A stretch of DNA of 64,000 nt from Thermoproteota archaeon (GTDB lineage Archaea; Thermoproteota; Methanomethylicia; Methanomethylicales; Methanomethylicaceae), in the NCBI GenBank assembly GCA_020832905.1, contig JAJHRG010000001.1, positions 474,903 through 538,902 of the forward strand, written 5' to 3'. The notes beneath the pieces were generated by a model. It ran no database searches. It saw only the letters and a list, made by a program, of their open reading frames with translations, and had not been told where the DNA came from. Shown here piece after piece: positions 35,246 to 42,452 of the stretch. The translations under genes and the position numbers were made by a program. Numbering within the stretch: the stretch's first letter is position 1; every line of letters begins with the position of its first letter.

Positions 35246-35668
35246 TTAAGCCCAAGATCTAAGAACAATCATTGAACTAGTTTTAGCAATTCCTTCTATT
35301 TTTCTTATATCATCTATATACTTATTTATTTCATGTATACTCCTACCAGAAGCAATAGCAATAATATCAACTTCTCCAGCAACTTCATATACTTTTTCTA
35401 TACCATTAATTTTCTTTATAGCTTGAGCAATAGTAGGATTTGGATATGATGGTAAAACTGATATAAGTATTAATGCTTGTATTCTTTCACCAAGATCTAC
35501 TTCTATTGTGAACTTCTTAATTATTCCTTCATTTTTTAATTTTTCAACTCTTTTTCTTACAGCAGCTTCTGATATATGTAATTCTTCAGCAATTTTTGTA
35601 TATGGTGTTCTACTATCATTTTTTAAAATTGATATTATTTTGAGATCAATTTCATCAAGATTCTTCAT
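35246..35668 (-). CDS. Lrp/AsnC-family transcription regulator (LysM-like by position)
   Basis: 140 aa. 'LDEIDLKIISILKNDSRTPYTKIAEELHISEAAVRKRVEKL' is the HTH, followed by a RAM domain. It lies directly upstream of lysX on the same strand. Confidence 0.9.
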   Translation of the reverse strand: MKNLDEIDLKIISILKNDSRTPYTKIAEELHISEAAVRKRVEKLKNEGIIKKFTIEVDLGERIQALILISVLPSYPNPTIAQAIKKINGIEKVYEVAGEVDIIAIASGRSIHEINKYIDDIRKIEGIAKTSSMIVLRSWA

Positions 35669-35766
35669 ATTTACTCATAACTAAAAAATACTTTTTACTT
35701 CTTATTTTTTATTTTTTTATCAATATCTTTTTTAGTAAGTTTAACAAGTACTTAATGGGAATATAA

Positions 35767-37200
35767 TTGTCAGAAATATGGAAGAGATCTATTACTTTTG
35801 ATATAAATATACCATATGAAAGTTTACCAGAATTACTAGATTATATTATTGATAATTTAGAAAAATCATCAAATGTTATTTATATTAGTAAGTACTTATC
35901 AAGAGATATTGCTTTTATACAATTTAGATTAATAGCTAATGGTAATCCTATAGATATTCAAATAAGATTTTACAAGGATAAAGTAGATATTCTTTATTCT
36001 CCACAACTTAGAGATCTTACAGAGAGAGATTATAAGCTAATTGATTTAGAAATTGAAAGATTATTAAGATCATTTATTTCAGAAAAAGAAAGTAGTTCTT
36101 TATTTCTTGTATTTTCTCCAAAAATGGAATTAATTCCAAAAAGCAAAGAAGTAGGTATTAAGAAGATAATTTCATCTATTGTATTTGGTAATTTTCTTTA
36201 TCTATTTATGATTATATTACTATTTGGTATTTTGCTTTATCAAGTATTTGAAATGCTAACACCAATAATATTAGTATTAATTCAATTTATCATACTCATA
36301 TTTGCAAATAATCTTATTCTTTATCGTGGAGAATTTGAAATATCAAAAGATAATCCATCTATTCATATTGCTGAATTAAAAATGAAAAGAGAAGAACTTA
36401 ATAATATTCTAAGGAAGTGCTTACCAAGAATAAAAGAAATTAAGAAAGAAATCTATGATAATACATTAGCTTTAGGAAAGGAATTAGATCCAGAAATAAT
36501 TAGATCTATACTAAGAAAATATGAAGAATTATGCATACCTGAATCTATAAGAATAAAAGTAATTAATGTCTATAAAATTATTGAAAATTTAGCTTCTAAA
36601 TTTAAATTTCCTAAATTACCAAGAATTACATTATTAAATATTCTTCCTCCAAATGCTGCAGCAACAGGTATTTCTCCAAGAAGATCTGCAGTATTAATAA
36701 CTAGTGGATTAATTATATCTATGAATGAAGAGGAAATAGAAGCTGTTATTGCACATGAGTTTAGTCATATTAAGGCAAGAGATCCATTAATTTTAATGTC
36801 TCTTGCAACATTTGAATACTTAACAAGAGTTTATATCATATGGCCTAAAATAGCATCACTAGGATTATTTTTTGATATTTTGTATTTATTCTTTTCATTT
36901 ACAATATTATTTTTTATAGCAAAATTTTTAGAGGCAAGAGCAGATCTTGATGCTGCAATTATAACAAATAAACCAAAAGCATTAGCTTCAGCTTTAAGAA
37001 AAATAGGCTTATTTAAATATCAATCACATATATTTGAAATTGTAAATACTGAAGAATGGCTTAAATGGGATCCTCATCCTCCATTATATTATAGAATAAG
37101 AGTACTTGAAAATCTTGAAATAACAAAAATAAAGAATACTTTTATTTCTGCAATTAATGGTTGTATAAAAGGATTTTTAGATTCCTTAAAAGGAAAATAA
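35767..37200 (+). CDS. M48-family (HtpX-like) membrane zinc metalloprotease with long N-terminal domain
   Basis: 477 aa, TTG start. 'IAHEFSHIKARD' (HExxH) follows TM helices. The N-terminal ~130 aa are soluble and have no motif I recognise. Confidence 0.7.
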   Translation: MSEIWKRSITFDINIPYESLPELLDYIIDNLEKSSNVIYISKYLSRDIAFIQFRLIANGNPIDIQIRFYKDKVDILYSPQLRDLTERDYKLIDLEIERLLRSFISEKESSSLFLVFSPKMELIPKSKEVGIKKIISSIVFGNFLYLFMIILLFGILLYQVFEMLTPIILVLIQFIILIFANNLILYRGEFEISKDNPSIHIAELKMKREELNNILRKCLPRIKEIKKEIYDNTLALGKELDPEIIRSILRKYEELCIPESIRIKVINVYKIIENLASKFKFPKLPRITLLNILPPNAAATGISPRRSAVLITSGLIISMNEEEIEAVIAHEFSHIKARDPLILMSLATFEYLTRVYIIWPKIASLGLFFDILYLFFSFTILFFIAKFLEARADLDAAIITNKPKALASALRKIGLFKYQSHIFEIVNTEEWLKWDPHPPLYYRIRVLENLEITKIKNTFISAINGCIKGFLDSLKGK

Positions 37201-37989
37201 TTAAAAAGTAACTATATTTATTTCATCATTTATTATTACTAAATATGCACCACTTTCTAAATCATATACATTTTTTGCAGAAAAAATTGTTAATACTCTA
37301 TTATTATGATTCCATTTATATCCTTTAATTACTGATTGATGACTTCTTATTAGATATTTTACATTTAATCTATTTAATACTAATGAAGTAACATCAGGAC
37401 CAAATATAAAACCAGCTCCTCTATCTGATGGAATTATTCCATTGATATTATCAGAAGGATCACTCCATAATATAGTTTCTAAGTCTTCTTTAGTTGGTTG
37501 TACTAAGCTATCTTTTGTTATTTTATTTGATATTCCACCATGTAGTAAAAGTGCAAAATTATTAATAATAACAGCTATTGGAATTTTATTATATAACTCA
37601 ATTAAATTATCATAAATTTCTCTCCATTTTTCTCCATATTTTTCTTTTAAATACCATGGAAAATCATGAGGATAAAATGGTATAAGATCTGGTGCCTCAT
37701 GATTTCCTCTCAATAAAAATACTTTATCTGGATGTTCAATTTTTAATTCAAATATTTTTTCATAAACTTCTATTGGAAAAGGTCCTCTATCTGCATAATC
37801 TCCAAGAAAAACTATAATTTCTGTTTCTATTTTATCTAATATTTTATTTAAAGAAAATAAATCTCCATGTAAATCTCCTATTACTGTAATTGATGATTTT
37901 TTTAAGTTAATAAGTTTACCTTCTCTTACTACTTTTTCTTTTTCTATTGCTTTTTCTACGTCCTTAATTAACTCAATCATTTTTCTCAA
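37201..37989 (-). CDS. PPP-family serine/threonine protein phosphatase (metallophosphoesterase)
   Basis: 'GDLHGD', 'GDYADRG' and 'LRGNHE' motifs are in canonical order. Its stop abuts the stop of the convergent M48 gene with zero gap. Confidence 0.85.
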   Translation of the reverse strand: MRKMIELIKDVEKAIEKEKVVREGKLINLKKSSITVIGDLHGDLFSLNKILDKIETEIIVFLGDYADRGPFPIEVYEKIFELKIEHPDKVFLLRGNHEAPDLIPFYPHDFPWYLKEKYGEKWREIYDNLIELYNKIPIAVIINNFALLLHGGISNKITKDSLVQPTKEDLETILWSDPSDNINGIIPSDRGAGFIFGPDVTSLVLNRLNVKYLIRSHQSVIKGYKWNHNNRVLTIFSAKNVYDLESGAYLVIINDEINIVTF

Positions 37990-38006
37990 ATAATTATGAT
38001 TAAAAA

Positions 38007-38903
38007 TTACTTATTACAATTATCTTTTAAGTAACATATATTACAATTCTTTTTTCTACAATATTTCTTTACATGAACATAAACTAAGGTTTGAAACAAT
38101 CCTGTTAGCTTTCCTAAGTCTCTTTTAAGCTTATATTCTATACATGAAGTTAATTTACAGTTATTACATTCATTTATCATACAGTATTTTTTATTTGGTT
38201 TACTATACTCTTTGTATATTTTAAGATTTTTAATAAAGAATTCTAAATTAGAATCTATAGGTGCATAACTTGTATTTAGTAATATGTGTAGTAGAAAGGA
38301 GTATAGTACCTTAGGACCTATACCTTTACAAAAAAGTAATTTTCTAGCACTAATAGCTTTAGATAAAATTAAGTCTCTTATGTTTAAATAATAGGATAAT
38401 AGTCTAGGCAAATCTTTAATTTGATAGCTTTTTGTTATTTTAAATAAATTGGAAAAATTCTCTTTTGCTATTATGCTTAAGTCTTGATAATTTTCTATAA
38501 GTGCTCTTATCCACTTAATAGTATTAACATGATAATTTGTTCTTCTAGATAAAACTATAGAGGTAAATATAACTAAATCATCAAGAGGTGAAACACTAAG
38601 ACTAAAATTTGGATACATTTTTAATAAATTTATTATAATTGACTTAAAATTATTAGAAATTTCATTTATATAAGACCATGGATTAAACCATAAACCTAAA
38701 ATATATTCAGCATATTTTAAACATTTTAAATCATCATGAATAACAATATATCCATCTTCTATTCTTTTAATAATTAAATTAGAACAAAATCCATATTTCT
38801 TAACTATGAAATCTTCTTTTATATCAAAAAGTGGTAAAGCAAAAGAAGGATATAATAATAAATCTAATTTCATTGGAAATTTTACTTTGTAAAAAATCTT
38901 CAA
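38007..38903 (-). CDS. HhH-GPD superfamily DNA glycosylase-like protein with Cys-rich C-terminus (tentative)
   Basis: 298 aa. 'LLFCKGIGPKVLYSFLLH' (helix-hairpin-helix) is followed by 'APIDSNL' (position of the catalytic Asp in EndoIII/Ogg-type enzymes). The C-terminus has two Cys4 clusters, 'CMINECNNCKLTSC' and 'CRKKNCNICYLKDNC'. Confidence 0.5.
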   Translation of the reverse strand: MKIFYKVKFPMKLDLLLYPSFALPLFDIKEDFIVKKYGFCSNLIIKRIEDGYIVIHDDLKCLKYAEYILGLWFNPWSYINEISNNFKSIIINLLKMYPNFSLSVSPLDDLVIFTSIVLSRRTNYHVNTIKWIRALIENYQDLSIIAKENFSNLFKITKSYQIKDLPRLLSYYLNIRDLILSKAISARKLLFCKGIGPKVLYSFLLHILLNTSYAPIDSNLEFFIKNLKIYKEYSKPNKKYCMINECNNCKLTSCIEYKLKRDLGKLTGLFQTLVYVHVKKYCRKKNCNICYLKDNCNK

Positions 38904-38961
38904 GTTTATCTCCTCTTGACTTTCAAAAAAATTAAATTTTACTTAGAATAATATTTCTTTT

Positions 38962-40044
38962 GTGTATTATACAGGATCTGCATATTTACCATTACATTCA
39001 GGTCATGTTCCTAATTGGTTAATTGAGCGTATGGAGGCTTTAGCTCGAAATATTACTACTATAATTATTAATGAATATGGAAGAAAAGAATTTCTAAGAA
39101 GAATTTCTAATCCATATTGGTTTCAAGCATTTGGATGTGTTTTAGGATTTGATTGGCATTCTTCTGGATTAACTACTGTTGTTACAGGCATTCTTAAATC
39201 TAGTATAAGTTATGAAGAAACTGGTATTGCTATTTGTGGAGGTAAAGGAATAAAATCTAGATCTACACCTGAAGAAATTACTACTATTGGAGAGAAATTA
39301 GGATTATCTACATCAAGAATCTCTAAATTAATATATGCAAGTAAGATGTGTGCAAAAGTAGATAATACAGCAATTCAAGCAGGATATCAGCTTTATCATC
39401 ATGTTTTTATTCTTTCTGAAGATGGAGAATGGGCTATTGTACAACAAGGTATGAATTTAAAAAATAAACTTGCAAGAAGATATCATTGGTTATCAGAAAA
39501 TCTTAATAGTTTTGTAGTAGAACCACATAAAGGAATTATAGGCTATAAAGAAGATAAAGTATTAAATATGATAGCAAAAGAATCTGAAGGTTGTAGAAAA
39601 GTATCAGTAGATATTGTTAAAGATAAATCATTAAGAAAATATATTGTTGAAGTAAAATCAGGTCAAAAATCTCTATTAGAATATATTAATAATAATATTT
39701 TAGTAATGCCATGGCATATAAATTGGAAAGCTTTAGAGAAAGCTTATGAAATTCAACCAAAAAATTATGAAGAGTTATTAGCAATTGAAGGTATTGGTCC
39801 AGCTACTATAAGAGCTCTTGCTTTAGTATCTGATATAATCTATGGAGAACCTCCAAGTTGGAAAGATCCTGTAAAATATTCTTTTGCCTTTGGAGGTAAA
39901 GATGGTGTTCCATTTCCAATACTAAGAAAAGAAATGGATGAAGCCATAGAATTCTTAAGAATTGCAATAGAACAAGCTAAAATTAATGAAAAAGAAAAAC
40001 TTAATGCTCTTAAACGACTAAGATCTATTTTAAAAGATAAATAG
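38962..40044 (+). CDS. Conserved hypothetical protein, DUF763/COG1415-like (tentative)
   Basis: 360 aa, GTG start. 'LPLHSGHVPNWLIERM' and 'FDWHSSGLTTV' resemble DUF763 as I recall it. It contains an HhH-like 'IEGIGPATIRALAL'. Confidence 0.5.
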   Translation: MYYTGSAYLPLHSGHVPNWLIERMEALARNITTIIINEYGRKEFLRRISNPYWFQAFGCVLGFDWHSSGLTTVVTGILKSSISYEETGIAICGGKGIKSRSTPEEITTIGEKLGLSTSRISKLIYASKMCAKVDNTAIQAGYQLYHHVFILSEDGEWAIVQQGMNLKNKLARRYHWLSENLNSFVVEPHKGIIGYKEDKVLNMIAKESEGCRKVSVDIVKDKSLRKYIVEVKSGQKSLLEYINNNILVMPWHINWKALEKAYEIQPKNYEELLAIEGIGPATIRALALVSDIIYGEPPSWKDPVKYSFAFGGKDGVPFPILRKEMDEAIEFLRIAIEQAKINEKEKLNALKRLRSILKDK

Positions 40045-40140
40045 ATAAAAAATCTTATCCAGTAGGTTTAAATATAACTTTTCTAAATTACATCACTTAC
40101 GGAGGGAAAGTAGTGAAGGAGGTAGCTTCTCAGCAAAAAG

Positions 40141-40476
40141 GTGTCTATCTTTTCAAGTACTAAAAGTACAATTGATCCCTCCAAGATATTAGAAGACTCA
40201 TTAAAGAAAATTTGTTCTAGAGTTTTAACAAATCTACAAAAAAAGATATTATTGTATATTATGAAAGATAAGGAAGAAGAAATAACTCTTTCTAGACAAG
40301 CAAGAGAAATTGCAAAAAAGCTCAATATTCCAGAATCTACAGTAAAATGGAATCTTAGAGTTCTTAGAGATTTAGGTCTTATAGAATGTGGAAGTATGAA
40401 TAATAAGGGTATTCCCATTAGATTAACATATGCTGGTTTAATTATAGCAAATAGTATAAAAGAGGAGATAAAATGA
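40141..40476 (+). CDS. Winged-helix (ArsR/MarR-like) transcription regulator
   Basis: 'LQKKILLYIMKDKEEEITLSRQAREIAKKLNIPESTVKWNLRVLRDLGLIE' is a typical wHTH. The 5' end is uncertain (see finding). The antisense ORF 40083-40418 is rejected. Confidence 0.6.
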   Translation: MSIFSSTKSTIDPSKILEDSLKKICSRVLTNLQKKILLYIMKDKEEEITLSRQAREIAKKLNIPESTVKWNLRVLRDLGLIECGSMNNKGIPIRLTYAGLIIANSIKEEIK

Positions 40477-40640
40477 GTATAATAATATTCATAATATTAC
40501 TTTCTTTATGTTTTATATTAGTTCCAATAATTGCAGTAACAATTGGTGGATGGTATGCATACTGGGGTGCTTTAATAATTAGCATTATATGGACTATAAT
40601 ATTATTGATTTTAAGAATTAAATATTGGGAGGAAGAATAA
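40473..40640 (+). CDS. Small two-helix membrane protein (55 aa) preceding the symporter, not in ORF track
   Basis: My translation is MSIIIFIILLSLCFILVPIIAVTIGGWYAYWGALIISIIWTIILLILRIKYWEEE. It has an AGAGGAG Shine-Dalgarno, an ATGA overlap with the regulator stop, and its TAA overlaps the symporter ATG (TAATG). Confidence 0.45.
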   Translation: MSIIIFIILLSLCFILVPIIAVTIGGWYAYWGALIISIIWTIILLILRIKYWEEE

Positions 40641-42181
40641 TGATACCTACACCAACACAAGAAACAGCAATTTCAACAATTATAGCAGTATTATCAATGT
40701 TAGCTATTAGTACTATAATTGGAGTATTATTTTATAGAAAATCAAAAAATTTTGATGAATGGCTTATTGGTCATAGAGATCTTGGCCCTATTACTACTGG
40801 TTTAGCTCTTACAGCAACATGGATGAGTGGTTGGGCAATATTTGGAAATGCTGGTCTTGGTTATACTTATGGCTGGTCTGGCTCATGGCTTATTGGTATT
40901 ACAAATTTAATGGGATTATCTTTATGTGTTGTTATTGGATATAGAATGCGACATTATGTTTCACTTGGAGCAAGAACAGTTCCTGAAGTTGTTAGAGTAA
41001 GATTTGATAGTAAGTTATTACAGATTCTTACTGGTATAACAATGATACTTTTATTAATTGTATATAGTGTTGGTCAATATAAGGCAATGGCTTCTGTTTG
41101 GTGTCTTACTACTGGAAGTGATTGGCTATTAAGTTTAACATTTACTGCAATATTATGTGGTATATATTTAGCTCTTGGTGGTTATACTGGTACACAATTT
41201 TCATTAGCATTACAAGGTTTAATCTTTATGATAATTGGATGGATATTTGGAATAGCTTCTATTATATGGGCAGGTGGTCCTGAAAAAATTGCAGAATGTC
41301 TATTAAATGCAAATTATGTAGCACCAGGAGGTAGAATAACATCAATACCTTTAAGTGGTTATACTGCAGCTATTACTCCAGCTTTTGCTGCATATGATTG
41401 GATTGGAGTTACAGGTGTATTATTTATGTTCTTACTTATGGCAACAGGTTTTCCACATAATATTGCTAGATTCTTAGGTATGAGGAAAGTAACAAAAAGA
41501 GAATTCATCATACTAATGATAATTGTTATACTAAATTGTATTACACCATTAATGATAGGCGTAATGGGATTTGCAGCAAGAACTGTTTGGGGAGCAGAAC
41601 TTATGAAGATAGCTCCAGTTTATGGTGATGCTGCTGCTACACTTGTAAGTATGGCAATTGGAGGTCCTTTAGGTGCAGGAGTATTCTCTATGGCAGTATT
41701 TGCTGCTGCAATTTCAACATTAGCAGGTATGGTAATGATAATGGCAACAAATATTACAAAAGATATTATTAGTAATATTGTACCAAATATTAAGCCTAAT
41801 ATACTTCTTATAATTTCAAGAATTTCTATAATTCCATTAATGTTAATTCCTCTATGGTGGACTTATACATCACCTCCACCTTTATTATCAGAATTTATGG
41901 CAGGATCTGCAGTAGCTCAAGCAGGAATATTCTTTTTTGTTGTAGCAATTTCTATGTATTGGAAAAGAGCTACAAAAATTGGAGCTATATGTACTATAAT
42001 TTATGGTATAATTCTTACATTATTACATCCTTCAGTTTATGGTAAATATATTCCACCATTTAATCATTGGGGTATTTGGGCATTAACATTAATGTTTGGT
42101 TGTGGAGTAGTATACTTTACAGTAAGCTTATTTACAAGACCACTACCAAAAGAAAAACTTGATACTATTTTTCCAAAATAA
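40640..42181 (+). CDS. Sodium:solute symporter family (SSF) transporter, copy 1
   Basis: About 513 aa and polytopic. 'GHRDLGPITTGLALTATWMSGWAIFGNAGLGY' is typical of the SSF N-terminal region. ATG 40640 follows a GGGAGG Shine-Dalgarno, so the track TTG 40625 is rejected. Confidence 0.85.
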   Translation: MIPTPTQETAISTIIAVLSMLAISTIIGVLFYRKSKNFDEWLIGHRDLGPITTGLALTATWMSGWAIFGNAGLGYTYGWSGSWLIGITNLMGLSLCVVIGYRMRHYVSLGARTVPEVVRVRFDSKLLQILTGITMILLLIVYSVGQYKAMASVWCLTTGSDWLLSLTFTAILCGIYLALGGYTGTQFSLALQGLIFMIIGWIFGIASIIWAGGPEKIAECLLNANYVAPGGRITSIPLSGYTAAITPAFAAYDWIGVTGVLFMFLLMATGFPHNIARFLGMRKVTKREFIILMIIVILNCITPLMIGVMGFAARTVWGAELMKIAPVYGDAAATLVSMAIGGPLGAGVFSMAVFAAAISTLAGMVMIMATNITKDIISNIVPNIKPNILLIISRISIIPLMLIPLWWTYTSPPPLLSEFMAGSAVAQAGIFFFVVAISMYWKRATKIGAICTIIYGIILTLLHPSVYGKYIPPFNHWGIWALTLMFGCGVVYFTVSLFTRPLPKEKLDTIFPK

Positions 42182-42194
42182 TTTTTTATTTTTT
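42182..42194 (+). terminator. Oligo-T tract (archaeal-type terminator candidate)
   Basis: 'TTTTTTATTTTTT' immediately follows the symporter TAA. Confidence 0.35.
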
Positions 42195-42234
42195 AGAAAA
42201 ATTTAAATATTAGCTTTTATTGAATTCTAGTTCA

Positions 42235-42365
42235 CTGGAGGAGTCTAGGTGAGCTGGAGGAGTTTAGTTTATTGAAAATACTTCTGTAATTCCTCCAGCT
42301 ATTACTGTCTTTAATTCAATTAACGGGGGTGAATTCTTTGCAAATAAGTGAAAGGAGGAGTCTAG
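42235..42365 (+). repeat. Three copies of a GGAGGAGTYTAG box in the ligase leader
   Basis: CTGGAGGAGTCTAG (42235-42248), CTGGAGGAGTTTAG (42254-42267) and GGAGGAGTCTAG (42354-42365). 'TGAATTCT' also occurs twice (42221-42228 and 42330-42337). Confidence 0.6.
42252..42300 (+). promoter_or_regulatory. Hairpin pairing a GGAGGA box with an anti-Shine-Dalgarno-like TCCTCC element
   Basis: AGCTGGAGGAGT (42252-42263) is complementary to ATTCCTCCAGCT (42289-42300), giving 12 bp with one G-U and a 25-nt loop. The TCCTCC arm could pair alternatively with any of the three GGAGGA boxes. Confidence 0.45.
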
Positions 42366-42452
42366 TTTACAACAAGTGAAGTCTATTTCCAACCAAGTCT
42401 AGAAAAAATAGATCCAGTACTTCTTAAGAAAATTCAAAATAAGAAATTAATA

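Noticed and set aside
40083-40418. Alternative-strand ORFs competing with my calls: 40083-40418 (-) vs the wHTH regulator, 13887-14213 (-) vs the 107-aa protein, and 61598-61939 (-) vs the 152-aa protein.
   Set aside because: The chosen plus-strand ORFs have balanced charged composition. The 40141 ORF has a recognisable wHTH, and all three fit operon direction and spacing with the next gene. The competitors are hydrophobic or Ser-rich low-complexity sequences.
42363-42365. In-frame TAG in front of the PaaK-like gene read as pyrrolysine or stop-codon reassignment. This was tempting because corrinoid methyltransferase genes are in the window, and GTG 42348 would give MKGGV-TAG-FTTSEVYFQ...
   Set aside because: TAG terminates several well-defined genes here at positions consistent with full-length homologues (endA 1203-1205, FAD oxidase 3761-3763, sHSP 30228-30230, the ligase itself 43659-43661). 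No pylT/pylS/pylBCD-like genes are visible. PaaK-family enzymes are not known Pyl proteins. A 1-nt indel explains the data more simply.
42235-42365. GGAGGAGTYTAG repeats as a degenerate CRISPR array or MITE.
   Set aside because: There are only three short (12-14 nt) copies with irregular spacing (5 nt and 86 nt). There are no spacer-repeat periodicity, no cas genes, and no terminal inverted repeats flanked by target-site duplications that I can see.
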